From: an uncultured Pseudomonadota bacterium
GTDB lineage: Bacteria; Oederibacteriota; Muellerivitia; Muellerivitales; Muellerivitaceae
Assembly: GCA_963843375.1 (NCBI GenBank)
Contig: CAWJKT010000010.1
Span: forward strand, 160,237-224,236
Length of the DNA stretch: 64,000 bases
Reading direction: 5' to 3'
A program made the translations under genes and the position numbers. Shown piece after piece: positions 21,344 through 30,532 of the stretch. Under the pieces are notes generated by a model. It was not told the origin of the DNA. It searched no databases and saw only the letters and a list, made by a program, of their open reading frames with translations. Each line of letters begins with the position of its first letter. Position 1 is the first letter of the stretch.

Positions 21344-21982
21344 TTAAAGCGCACTGAGTTCTTGAGTATAAATCCAAGTGACCGGCAAGCTAGCAACGGG
21401 AACCACCAACGCAATTACAGAATATTGAGTTACCACGATTTCGGGTGTGGGAGTAACTCCAGGGAACGATGGGCCCACAATAGGATTATTATAAGTTTCC
21501 AATAAACATGAAACAGACATTTCGGTGGAGGTCCAGCATACACTTTGTGGAATGGTTCCAAAACCAGGATTACCCGGGATTGGTTCGGAAAAGGTATAGG
21601 CCTGTACATTTATCAAAATCATTTGGGTACTAAAATTGACCGGAGGGGTGGGAGCGGAGGTGGCTCCATAATAGTTTTGCCAGTCTGAAAGGCTGCGAAT
21701 GACGTAATCAGTCCCCGGGACAGGGTTTCCAATCGCCAAACCCGCTTCGGAATTGGGAATAGGTGGAGTCACTGGGGTAGGAATAGTAACAAAGCTGAAT
21801 CCGCACCCAGGTGTAGAAACGAAGGTAACGGTAGCGGTCGCGGTTGGAGTTGATGTAAGGGTTTGTGTCGGGGTATTTGTCGGGGGTAAACCCGGAACCG
21901 GTGCAACTGGGTATTTCCGATCACAAGCCCAAGAAGCCAGGCCCAAAACTATTAAAAATAAACTGATAAGAAACTTTTTCAT
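21344..21982 (-). CDS. Lipoprotein with Thr/Pro linker and PrcB-C-like domain
   Basis: MKKFLISLFLIVLGLASWA-C lipobox, TNTPTQT linker, VIRS..DW..Y....P.VNFS.QMIL pattern. Confidence 0.55.
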   Translation of the reverse strand: MKKFLISLFLIVLGLASWACDRKYPVAPVPGLPPTNTPTQTLTSTPTATATVTFVSTPGCGFSFVTIPTPVTPPIPNSEAGLAIGNPVPGTDYVIRSLSDWQNYYGATSAPTPPVNFSTQMILINVQAYTFSEPIPGNPGFGTIPQSVCWTSTEMSVSCLLETYNNPIVGPSFPGVTPTPEIVVTQYSVIALVVPVASLPVTWIYTQELSAL

Positions 21983-22149
21983 GGACACTTTCTAATTCAT
22001 ATTGCTCAAATTATACCACTATTCAAAATCTTCAACTCGATAGTCCTCTAAAGAAAAAAAACTAAAGATTTTCGTGCTTTAATGGCGGGCTCAAGCTGTT
22101 TTTTGCTCGATTAGCAAAGCTATAAATTTTTGCTTGTTTTTTTTGTTTC

Positions 22150-22179
22150 TATTTCATATAACTATAATTATATGAAATA
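22150..22179. promoter_or_regulatory. Candidate dif-like tyrosine-recombinase site (perfect 12-bp inverted repeat, 6-bp spacer)
   Basis: TATTTCATATAA CTATAA TTATATGAAATA. The 11-bp arm TTATATGAAAT matches the E. coli XerD arm TTATGTTAAAT at 9/11, and the site overlaps the recombinase ATG. Confidence 0.65.
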
Positions 22180-23233
22180 TAAAACAACTAATGAATCGCA
22201 TAAACCGTCCGAAAACTTAAATGAGCTTGAACCTTACCAGGGTTTTCTTGCTCTGTGCAAATCCCATCACACCCATTACAACTATCATCAGGATCTACGG
22301 GTTTTAAAGCAATTTTTGGATCAAAGCGACATTTCAAATCCAGTAAAAGTTCAGCCTATCGATTTGACACGTTTCGTAGGCCAATTAACCAAGCCTGGGT
22401 TAACACCCACTGGCAAGGACCGGCCAGCCTTTTCAACCCGTTCCATGAAACGCATCTTAGCCTCGACTCGATCCTTTTATCGGTATTTAGCCACAACGCA
22501 ACAAATCCTGTCTGATCCAACAGCCGTCTTTCATAACCTGGCAATCCGCAGCCCTCAACGCAATCCCCACCCGTTGCCACTAAATGATCGTATGGCCCTA
22601 GTAAAAAGTCTTCAAACGGGCGATTTGGAGGGTCAAAAAATCAGCCTGACCGTCCTGCTAGGCTTCCATTGTGGTCTGCGAGTTTCGGAAATAACACATA
22701 TTAAAATCCGGGATTTGGATCTAACTCAAGGACTTGTCACCGTCATAGGCAAAGGCGACAAGGAACGTATTGTTCCGATGACGGAGGCCTTACGAGAGCT
22801 CCTTAAACTTCACTTGAACCAGATGGAAAAAAAGGGGCCTTATCTTTTTCCAAGTCCAAGAAACAATCAAAAGCCTATCCATTTGCGATACCTTGAGTTG
22901 TGGGTCAAAAAAGCCGCTCAATGGGCTAATCTAGAGCACTCCAATGAGTTGACCGTCCACGTGTTGCGACACTCCTTTGGCACCCAATTGGCCGAATCGG
23001 GCGCAAGTGTCTATGAAATTCGGGACCTAATGGGCCACTCCAGCATCGTGGTCAGTGAAAATTATGTAAAGCTTGCCTCAACAAAGGGCCGGCAGGCCCA
23101 CCGAAAAGCTTTTGAGGAGGGCTACAAGGTCCATTCTTTGAATATGGGAGCATTATTTGGAATCGAATCGGTCTTGAAACGCTTCCGTGATATCAAGCGT
23201 AAGGCTTTACCGGGAAAACCCCAAAAGTACTAA
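22172..23233 (+). CDS. Xer-type tyrosine recombinase (353 aa)
   Basis: N-terminal S..T...Y..DL, catalytic residues in GLRVSE, GKGDKER, HVLRHSFGT, LMGH, ENY. No other mobile-element genes nearby. Confidence 0.93.
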   Translation: MKYKTTNESHKPSENLNELEPYQGFLALCKSHHTHYNYHQDLRVLKQFLDQSDISNPVKVQPIDLTRFVGQLTKPGLTPTGKDRPAFSTRSMKRILASTRSFYRYLATTQQILSDPTAVFHNLAIRSPQRNPHPLPLNDRMALVKSLQTGDLEGQKISLTVLLGFHCGLRVSEITHIKIRDLDLTQGLVTVIGKGDKERIVPMTEALRELLKLHLNQMEKKGPYLFPSPRNNQKPIHLRYLELWVKKAAQWANLEHSNELTVHVLRHSFGTQLAESGASVYEIRDLMGHSSIVVSENYVKLASTKGRQAHRKAFEEGYKVHSLNMGALFGIESVLKRFRDIKRKALPGKPQKY

Positions 23234-23583
23234 AAGTCCTTAAAAAGTCTCGAAATCGAAAACTAAGTCGTCTTTAAGTTTTTATTTATCAAATTAAATC
23301 TACTCTTCAATTAGGATCAATAAGGCCAAAACTGAGAATCCAATTTGGAAGAGCTCAAAACTAGTCGATTTTACATTTAAACTATGTTTATTTGAACGAT
23401 TATTAACCAGTACCAATCTTTGTACCTTTCGCTCAAGGGTCTAAGTTCAGTCAAAATTCAGTCCGTTTAGACCTTCGTTAACCAGAATCAATTTTTCGAA
23501 ATCAAACCTCGAATGGTAAAAAGAAGGCAAAAATAAGGAAAAGGCGTGATTATCCGTCCCGTAATTTGCCAACAACCATTTTT

Positions 23584-23616
23584 AAATTTACCCACCCGTC
23601 CTAATTGGGTAAATTT
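23584..23616. repeat. Perfect 11-bp inverted repeat with 11-bp spacer
   Basis: AAATTTACCCA-cccgtcctaat-TGGGTAAATTT, about 55 bp upstream of the aminotransferase. Confidence 0.6.
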
Positions 23617-23670
23617 CCTTTAAAATCCAGCCATTGAAAGATAGCTAAAGTTTTACTTTAAGGCGGCTTT

Positions 23671-24831
23671 ATGCAATTTTCTTACCGAACACCGCATGAT
23701 CTTTCATTAAATTCCATTTCGAAAACCCTGGAAACCGTGTCGAATGGTTCCATTTTGGATCTTACCCTGTCCAATCCCACCCAGTGCGGGTTTAAATACC
23801 CTTCCGATTTACTTCAATCCCTCGCTTCCCCATCCGGCCTGAACTACGAACCAACTCCCTTTGGTCATATTGGGGCAAGGAAGGCAGTTGCGGAATATAT
23901 GAAATCAAAGAAAGAAGAAGTTTCACCAGATAACATCCTACTTACCTCCAGCAGCAGCGAGTCCTATTCCTACCTTTTTAAACTTTTAGCCGATCCAGGT
24001 GACTCGTTTTTGGTACCTACTCCTGGTTATCCCCTCCTCGAACACCTTATTCGGTTGGAGGGGGTAAAACTAATTCCCTATACCCTTAAAAAGGAGCTTC
24101 ATTGGCCGGTCCATCTAGAAGGCATCGAAACCTCAGCAAGGGCTCGAGTCAAGGGATTGGTGGTCGTAAATCCCCATAATCCCACCGGAACCTTTTTAAG
24201 TGCAAATGACCAAAAAGCGCTTGGAAAACTTTGCCAACAAAGGGAATGGTCATACATTTCCGATGAAGTTTTTGGGGATTTTGCCTATCCCGGTGAGGCC
24301 ATAAGTCCGATAGTCCCTCAAGAGTTTCTATCTTTTCGGCTAGGGGGGCTTTCCAAAAGCCTGGGACTTCCTCAACTCAAGTTGTCCTGGGTCATTTTGG
24401 ATGGTCCACGGGATCTCTTAATCGAAGCCAGGGAGCGGCTGGAACTTATTGCCGACACTTATCTTTCGGTCGGAACGCCGGTTCAACTGGCCCTGAATGA
24501 GCTTTTACGGTTTGCCCCAAACTTTCAAAAACAGGTCCTGGAAAGGGTTCTTTCCAATCGCTTCCAACTCATGAAAACCTTTAAATCCTCACCCCACCTA
24601 AAAATTTGGCCTTCACAAGGCGGTTGGTACGCTTTATTGGAAGTGTTGAAACCCGGGGCAAAGGATGAGGAACTGGTGATTCAATTGCTAAAAAAAGAGA
24701 GGGTATTCATTCAACCTGGCGGCTTTTACGATTTTGAAAACGGTTGTTTCTTGGTGGTGAGCCTTTTAACCCAAACTGAGGTTTTCAAGGAAGGAATTGG
24801 GAGAATCTTTAGTTTTTTTGATAAAAGGTAA
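23671..24831 (+). CDS. PLP-dependent aminotransferase class I/II
   Basis: VVNPHNPTG, ISDEVF, GLSKSLGLP.LKLSW. Confidence 0.92.
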   Translation: MQFSYRTPHDLSLNSISKTLETVSNGSILDLTLSNPTQCGFKYPSDLLQSLASPSGLNYEPTPFGHIGARKAVAEYMKSKKEEVSPDNILLTSSSSESYSYLFKLLADPGDSFLVPTPGYPLLEHLIRLEGVKLIPYTLKKELHWPVHLEGIETSARARVKGLVVVNPHNPTGTFLSANDQKALGKLCQQREWSYISDEVFGDFAYPGEAISPIVPQEFLSFRLGGLSKSLGLPQLKLSWVILDGPRDLLIEARERLELIADTYLSVGTPVQLALNELLRFAPNFQKQVLERVLSNRFQLMKTFKSSPHLKIWPSQGGWYALLEVLKPGAKDEELVIQLLKKERVFIQPGGFYDFENGCFLVVSLLTQTEVFKEGIGRIFSFFDKR

Positions 24832-24832
24832 A

Positions 24833-25531
24833 TTAAGATTGAAGATTTTTCAGCCGGCGTTGGGCTTCTTTGCCCCAATTGGAATCGGGATCGTTTTTGG
24901 CAACCAAGTTCAATTCTTCCAGAGCTTTGACTTTGTCGTTACTTTTTAGGTATATATCGGAGAGATTCAGTCTTAATTCCGACATGATAAAACTATCTGG
25001 ATGTTCCTTCAGAAAGGTTTCAGCCAAGGTAACTGCCTGGGGTAATTGATTTTGGGCCTCTAAACAAAGGATTTTCCCAAAATAAGCCTCATCTCCCAAG
25101 GGGTTATCTCTAAGTTGCTGGCTGGCTGAATCAAAACTGCCGTAGGCCTGCTGAACTTGTCCCAAATCATATTGGCACTTCGCAACGTAATAACGCGCAA
25201 TTCTGCTGGTCTTCGTTCCCGAATAATCGGTTAGAATTCTTTGGAATGTTTGTAAAGCGTTTTGGGTTCTTTCAACCACACTTTTAAAGGGCCCTTTTAC
25301 GGGATCAACTTCGGAATGAAGATAATACTGCCCGAGGCTTAAAACACCCTGGGCATCCTTTTCATTTTGGTCCTGGCTGTGAAAATAATACGGAATCCCG
25401 ATTCCCAGCAGCAAAAGAACAATGACCGCGATGGCAATAATTTCCTGGTGGGCTTTGGCCCAATCCAAGCCTTTTTCAGCAGCCGTCTTTTCTTTAGTAA
25501 GAGGATTGAATTTGCCCAATAGAGTCGCCAT
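24833..25531 (-). CDS. Membrane-anchored TPR protein (YfgM-like)
   Basis: One N-terminal TM helix followed by TPR-like helices. Confidence 0.7.
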   Translation of the reverse strand: MATLLGKFNPLTKEKTAAEKGLDWAKAHQEIIAIAVIVLLLLGIGIPYYFHSQDQNEKDAQGVLSLGQYYLHSEVDPVKGPFKSVVERTQNALQTFQRILTDYSGTKTSRIARYYVAKCQYDLGQVQQAYGSFDSASQQLRDNPLGDEAYFGKILCLEAQNQLPQAVTLAETFLKEHPDSFIMSELRLNLSDIYLKSNDKVKALEELNLVAKNDPDSNWGKEAQRRLKNLQS

Positions 25532-25631
25532 GGATGCTGCCTTTTGAAGATGAATTTAAACGGGCCCATTGCCGATTTGCCACGTTGTTCAGCTAAAAGT
25601 GAAGCCTTCCCCCAAGGGAAGGCCCCATCGT

Positions 25632-25708
25632 TGGTACCCTCGACGCGAATCGAACGCGTGACCTACCCTTTAGGAAAGGGTCGCTCTATCCAACTGAGCT
25701 ACGAGGGC
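25632..25708 (-). tRNA. tRNA-Arg(CCT)
   Basis: GCCCTCG...ACCCT-TTCCTAA-AGGGT...GTTCGATTC...CGAGGGT-ACCA cloverleaf, 77 nt. Confidence 0.96.
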
Positions 25709-25749
25709 CTGTTCCTTTGAACCCTCTGGGATCTGGAAACCCGGCAAAA

Positions 25750-26262
25750 TCAGTAGTGGATTATAGAGTAGATGGGGATGCTTTTCAATTTTTCGTGGCC
25801 GTTCAAGAAGGTCAAATGGATTAGAAAACAAGCCTCAACCACCTGTCCGCCGGCCCTCTCTACCAACCGGATGGTCGCAGCGGCCGTTCCCCCTGTCGCC
25901 AGAACGTCATCTAAAATTAAAATACGGTCGCCTTTGGAAATGGAATCTTCATGAATTTCAAGGGTATCCTTACCGTATTCCAGTTCATAGGTTTCCTGCA
26001 AAGTCTTCCATGGAAGCTTTCCAGGCTTTCGGACAGGTATAAAAGAAACTCCCATCTGAGTCGCCAAAGCCCCGCCAAGAATGAATCCACGGGATTCCAT
26101 GGCCACGATTCCTTTGATATTTTGATTTTGATACCGGGAAACAAGTTGTTGAATCACTTCTTGAAATGCTTTTGGATGGATCAACAATGGGGTAATATCC
26201 TTAAAAATAATTCCTTTTTTAGGAAAGTCCGGAACATCGCGAATGAATGACTTGAAATCCAT
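25750..26262 (-). CDS. apt: Adenine phosphoribosyltransferase
   Basis: [45 protein letters not shown]. Confidence 0.97.
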   Translation of the reverse strand: MDFKSFIRDVPDFPKKGIIFKDITPLLIHPKAFQEVIQQLVSRYQNQNIKGIVAMESRGFILGGALATQMGVSFIPVRKPGKLPWKTLQETYELEYGKDTLEIHEDSISKGDRILILDDVLATGGTAAATIRLVERAGGQVVEACFLIHLTFLNGHEKLKSIPIYSIIHY

Positions 26263-26349
26263 GGGGCATCCTTTAAAACGAATGTTTACCAATATGACTT
26301 ATTATTTTTTTATTAAAGAGAATAAAAACAGGAACGAATGGTAGGAAGT

Positions 26350-27315
26350 TTACACAAATTCGTTTAAAAGTTCACGATATTCTGTGCCATTGGATTTCAT
26401 CAGGGACCTGATTTTTTGAAGGGCCTTTTCCTCGATTTGACGGATTCTTTCGCGTGTAACCCCCAAGACATGGCCGGCTTGCTCCAGGGTTTTAGGCTGA
26501 TCTTGATCAAACCCAAACCGCATCAAGATGACTTTTTGTTCCTTGTCGTTCAGGTTAAAGATTAGACGTTTCAATTTCTCGGTCCGCAATTGATCGAAAA
26601 CGTTTTGGGCTGGACTGGCAATGGACTTATCCTCGATGAAATCTGAAATGGATTTTGAATTAGCCTCGTCCCCCACCGGCACCTCAAGGGAGATATCGCG
26701 CTGGGCCAGGCGCTGAAGTTTGTGGATCTTCTCGAATTTCAATTTGGTGGCTTTAGATATTTCCATTAAATTGGGATCGCGGCCCAGTTTGCGGGTCAAA
26801 TCCCTCGAAATCCTTTGAACCCGGTTAATGTCCTCGGAAACATGAACCGGAACCCGAACGGTCCTTGATTGATTCGACAGCGCCCGGGTAACCGCCTGGC
26901 GGATCCACCAAGTCGCGTAAGTGCTGAACTTAAACCCACGACGCCACGAAAATTTTTCACTGGCCTTGATAAGTCCCAAATTTCCTTCTTCGATGAGATC
27001 CTGAAAAGCGAGACCTTGGTTCATATATTTTTTGGCTACTTGAATGACTAAGCGAAGATTGGCCGAGATCAACAATTGTTTTGCCTTCATATCACCTTTT
27101 TCAATCCGTTTGGCCAAAACCACTTCTTCCGGACCGGTCAACAATTTGACCCGGGAGATTTCCCTGAAATAAAGTTTCAGGCTATCGGTCGTGACTCGTT
27201 CCTGGGCATGGGTTTCAATCGATAATTTCTTTTTCTTTTCAACTATAGGAATCAGGGGTGCAATGATATGGCGGGTAGTTTTGGCTTTCAGTTTTAAACG
27301 ATTTTTGGTTTTCAT
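26350..27315 (-). CDS. Sigma-70 family factor without region 1.1 (group 2, RpoS-like)
   Basis: DSLKLYFREI (1.2), ANLRLV..AKKY, DLIEEGNLGL, FSTYATWWIRQ, TRERIRQIE. Short basic N-terminus. The likely start at 27315 avoids overlap with acyP. Confidence 0.9.
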   Translation of the reverse strand: MKTKNRLKLKAKTTRHIIAPLIPIVEKKKKLSIETHAQERVTTDSLKLYFREISRVKLLTGPEEVVLAKRIEKGDMKAKQLLISANLRLVIQVAKKYMNQGLAFQDLIEEGNLGLIKASEKFSWRRGFKFSTYATWWIRQAVTRALSNQSRTVRVPVHVSEDINRVQRISRDLTRKLGRDPNLMEISKATKLKFEKIHKLQRLAQRDISLEVPVGDEANSKSISDFIEDKSIASPAQNVFDQLRTEKLKRLIFNLNDKEQKVILMRFGFDQDQPKTLEQAGHVLGVTRERIRQIEEKALQKIRSLMKSNGTEYRELLNEFV

Positions 27316-27328
27316 CACAGGATCCCGT

Positions 27329-27604
27329 TTATCCTCGAATTTGAAAGCTTGTGAATTCTTCAGGTTCTTGAAGCCATTGGAAATTCGTGTTTTCCACCCG
27401 GCTACCAATTGGACCTGTCTTTAATCTTTGCATAAACTGTTCCAACGCCGATATTGGCCCAACCGCCATAATTTCCACGTTTCCATCAGGCAAATTTCTC
27501 ACCCAACCCGTTAAATTCAGCACCTCTGCCGTGTTTTTCGCGAAATATCGGAATCCAACCCCCTGAACTCGGCCTTTTATTACTCCGGTGAAAGCGTTAA
27601 ACAT
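27329..27604 (-). CDS. acyP: Acylphosphatase
   Basis: GRVQGVGFR and GWVRNLPDG.VE motifs. Confidence 0.96.
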   Translation of the reverse strand: MFNAFTGVIKGRVQGVGFRYFAKNTAEVLNLTGWVRNLPDGNVEIMAVGPISALEQFMQRLKTGPIGSRVENTNFQWLQEPEEFTSFQIRG

Positions 27605-27799
27605 GGTCCGCGAATCCTTGAAAATTAAAGGTTAATTGTCAGTTTTCTGGATATTTTGGGTTATTTTTTGACTTTTTAAAAAGTTGTGGTATAGGCCCGG
27701 AGAAAAGTAACCCCGAGGAAGATAAAAGGGGCCTGTTTGAAGTGGGGACATGATAAAGAGAAACTTGCCGTTTGAGACTAAACTTCATCTTTCAAAAAA

Positions 27800-27876
27800 T
27801 GGTCGGGGCGGCAGGATTTGAACCTGCGACCTTTTGCACCCCATGCAACTGCGCTACCGAGCTGCGCCACGCCCCG
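27800..27876 (-). tRNA. tRNA-Pro(GGG)
   Basis: CGGGGCG...TTGC-ATGGGGT-GCAA...GGTTCAAATCC...CCCCG-ACCA. Confidence 0.95.
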
Positions 27877-27948
27877 ATGACCGTTAAATTTGAAAGATTT
27901 CCCTTGGAAAAACTGGGTTGATCATAAGACCAAGCCAGAATAGTTTTC

Positions 27949-28024
<76 letters not shown>

Positions 28025-28055
28025 TCCAGAAAACCACAGCTCCAAAGGGAGGGAT

Positions 28056-28084
28056 AATATAGGTTAAATAAAGGCCCTGTTCAA
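28056..28084 (-). promoter_or_regulatory. Putative sigma70 promoter for the tRNA-Pro pair
   Basis: On the minus strand, TTGAAC-17 bp-TATATT, about 30 nt upstream of tRNA-Pro(CGG). Confidence 0.55.
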
Positions 28085-28112
28085 GAAAAGAAGAGGTTTA
28101 AACCCTTTCGTT

Positions 28113-28583
28113 TTAGGCCAAATTATATTTTTTTAAAATCTCACGGGTAGAGGTAATGAGTGTTTTAAGCTCTAAAACTTTATCCGGTGAAGAAAAAAGG
28201 GACGAGGGGTGACCCGCAATCCTCTGGACGCTAGAAGAATGCTCTTCCGTGGAAAGTTCTATGGGTGAGACCGGTTGAATCGTTTCGGCTTGGATTGAAC
28301 CTGCGCCCGTCGAAGCTTGGGGCGAGTCTAAGCCTTGTTTTTCTTCTAATTCTTCAAGCTTTTTGACGGCTCCGGCTATGGTGTATTGTTCATCATAAAG
28401 AAGCCGCTTGATTGTCAAAGCAATCTGCAAGTCCTTTTGACGATAGACCCTTTGACCCGTCACGGATTTTTGGGGATTAAGCTTTCGAAATTCAGTCTCC
28501 CAATACCTTAAAACATAAGGCTTCACATCTACGATTTGAGCGACTTCACCGATGGTATAAAATAACTTATCTTCCTCGGTCAT
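28113..28583 (-). CDS. MerR-family transcriptional regulator
   Basis: [24 protein letters not shown]...GQR.Y; conserved ihfA-merR-tRNA-Pro context. Confidence 0.93.
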   Translation of the reverse strand: MTEEDKLFYTIGEVAQIVDVKPYVLRYWETEFRKLNPQKSVTGQRVYRQKDLQIALTIKRLLYDEQYTIAGAVKKLEELEEKQGLDSPQASTGAGSIQAETIQPVSPIELSTEEHSSSVQRIAGHPSSLFSSPDKVLELKTLITSTREILKKYNLA

Positions 28584-28616
28584 CCATTCCCCCAAAACCA
28601 TTGAGAATAGTGAAAC

Positions 28617-28889
28617 TCAGTCTTTGAGCCTCTTTTTAAACAGAGGCCCCGGCTTAAAAAACAGCACCTTTCTCGCCGGCAAAGGTACCCTTTTTCCTGT
28701 CTTGGGATTGCGGGCCAATCGAGCGCGTCTTTGACGCCATTCCCACGTCCCCAATCCTACTATAGAAACTTTTTTCTCCTCCAGCAAGGCAGTCACAATC
28801 GAGTTAAAAAAAGACTCCACCGCCAATCCAGCTTGCCTTTCCGTTAGCCCTAGACGGGTAAGACTTTTTATTAAATCTTTACGGGTCAA
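28617..28889 (-). CDS. ihfA: Integration host factor alpha / HU family protein
   Basis: TRKDL, GLGTW, ARNPKTG...PARKV.FFKPG. The alpha assignment comes from synteny with merR. Confidence 0.75.
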   Translation of the reverse strand: MTRKDLIKSLTRLGLTERQAGLAVESFFNSIVTALLEEKKVSIVGLGTWEWRQRRARLARNPKTGKRVPLPARKVLFFKPGPLFKKRLKD

Positions 28890-28905
28890 AGAATTTCCTT
28901 AAGGG

Positions 28906-29910
28906 TCAACCCAAAGGTTCTTGTTCGGGTTTTGCCGAACGGGACAAAAGGGATTTAGCGGCTTCTATTGCGGATTTTCCCTGGAAAAGAACCTCGTAAA
29001 CTTCCTGGGTGATGGGAACTTCCACCTTGAATTGTCTCGCCAGTTCCAAGGCCACATGGGAAGTTTTCATTCCTTCGGCTACCATGACCATCTCCTTTAA
29101 AGCCTGCTCCAAACTGGTTCCCTTTCCCATTTTCTCTCCTAAAAGCCGGTTGCGACTATGGCGACTGGTGCAAGTGACAATCAAATCTCCCATTCCCGCT
29201 AACCCGGCAAAAGTTTGGGCTTGGGCACCCAAAACCACTCCAAGGCGTGTAATTTCATGGAGCCCCCGGGTCATGATGGCGGCTTTTGAATTATCTCCTA
29301 GGCCCAAGCCATCCGTAATGCCTGCGGCAATGGCGATGATGTTTTTTAACGATCCACCCAATTCCACACCCGTTACATCGGAGGAGGTATAAACCCGAAA
29401 ATAATCGGAATGAAAAACCTCCTGAACTATTATAGAAAGATCAGGATTATTTGAAGCGGCCACCACGGTTGTTGGCATTTTTCTTGAAACTTCTTCAGCG
29501 TGACTTGGCCCTGATAATACAGCAATTGATATATCTTTCCTCAAACTTTGCTTTAGCACCTCGCTCAGGCGCAAATTGGAATCTTCTTCCAACCCCTTGC
29601 TCACGCAAACCACCCAGCCACCTACCGGCCAATGCTGTGAAGCTTTAACTGCAGTGGATCGAACCACATGGGAAGGCACCGCCACGACCACTCCTTCCCT
29701 TTGCGACAAAGCCTCTTCAATGTCCCCAAGAACTTGGATTTCTTTAGGAAGAAGAATCCCCGGTAGAAGTTTTTTGTTTTCTCTTTCCCGTTCCAGGAGG
29801 CTGGCTTTAACAGGGTCATGATCCCACAAGGTCACCTCGTGCCCCGCGCGTTTAAGATGTAAACTTAAAGCAATTCCCCAACTTCCGGCCCCTAAAACAC
29901 ATAATTTCAT
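28906..29910 (-). CDS. gpsA: NAD(P)H-dependent glycerol-3-phosphate dehydrogenase
   Basis: GAGSWG, SGPSHAEEV, GVELGGSLKN, GDLIVTC.S.HSRN. Confidence 0.97.
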   Translation of the reverse strand: MKLCVLGAGSWGIALSLHLKRAGHEVTLWDHDPVKASLLERERENKKLLPGILLPKEIQVLGDIEEALSQREGVVVAVPSHVVRSTAVKASQHWPVGGWVVCVSKGLEEDSNLRLSEVLKQSLRKDISIAVLSGPSHAEEVSRKMPTTVVAASNNPDLSIIVQEVFHSDYFRVYTSSDVTGVELGGSLKNIIAIAAGITDGLGLGDNSKAAIMTRGLHEITRLGVVLGAQAQTFAGLAGMGDLIVTCTSRHSRNRLLGEKMGKGTSLEQALKEMVMVAEGMKTSHVALELARQFKVEVPITQEVYEVLFQGKSAIEAAKSLLSRSAKPEQEPLG

Positions 29911-30521
29911 GGTTTTTTCACCGATTTATTTTTCCCAATTTTACGTTCCGTGCCATTCATGATTCTTTTGATATTTTCCCTATGGGTCCACCAGATCATC
30001 CCTGCGGCGGCAAGGGATAAGCCTGAATACCAGGTAATTCCCTTGCAATGGTAAAAAGTAAGGGCCGCCATCGCCGTGACTCCCAAGAGACTCCCAACCG
30101 AAATCATCCGGGTTAAAAGTAGGGCCAGAACAAACAAACCGGTTCCCACAGCGCTTTCTATCGGCAGAAGACTAAAAAACACCCCCACACTCACCCCAAT
30201 CCCTTTGCCCCCTTTAAATTTGAGAAAAACGGAAAAAACATTTCCCAGGAGAACCCCCAAACCTCCCAGGACGACCACCGGGTCGTTATCCGGGTTCAAC
30301 CTTCGCGAAATCCAGACGGCCAAAACGGCTTTGCCAATATCCAAAAGCAACGTTGCTATTCCCCACCCAGCCCCCGCCACTCTCCAAACGTTGGTCATTC
30401 CAATGTTTCCGCTACCCTCTTTTCTTACGTCAACCCCTTTGACCCATTTCACCAGCAAGAATCCAAAAGGAATCGAACCCAAAAGGTAGGCGACAAGAAT
30501 GGCAGCCAAGGCGTTGAACAT
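29907..30521 (-). CDS. plsY: Glycerol-3-phosphate acyltransferase PlsY
   Basis: YLLGSIP, GSGNIG.TN, F.GGKG, HRENI.R...G.E. Confidence 0.96.
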   Translation of the reverse strand: MFNALAAILVAYLLGSIPFGFLLVKWVKGVDVRKEGSGNIGMTNVWRVAGAGWGIATLLLDIGKAVLAVWISRRLNPDNDPVVVLGGLGVLLGNVFSVFLKFKGGKGIGVSVGVFFSLLPIESAVGTGLFVLALLLTRMISVGSLLGVTAMAALTFYHCKGITWYSGLSLAAAGMIWWTHRENIKRIMNGTERKIGKNKSVKKP

Positions 30522-30532
30522 AAATCTCCTGA

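Noticed and set aside
21344..23233. Integron (intI with a divergent cassette)
   Set aside because: The IntI-specific insertion between the catalytic boxes is not evident, and I found no attC-like site after the divergent lipoprotein gene.
23366..23392. Second dif-like site (TTTTACAT...TATGTTTATT)
   Set aside because: The CAT-to-ATG spacing is 7 bp rather than the 10 bp of dif, and the arms pair poorly.
22172..25708. Recombinase as integrase of an island inserted at tRNA-Arg or tRNA-Pro
   Set aside because: I saw no duplicated tRNA 3' end. The intervening genes look chromosomal, and no phage or conjugation genes are present.
27668..27790. + strand promoter-like TTGACT-16-TATAGG and possible sRNA antisense to the tRNAs
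   Set aside because: The -10 lacks the conserved final T, and there is no convincing structure or terminator.
27824..27852. G:A mismatch at the top of the tRNA-Pro(GGG) anticodon stem
   Set aside because: A 27:43 mismatch is tolerated in tRNAs and could also be a base-call error.
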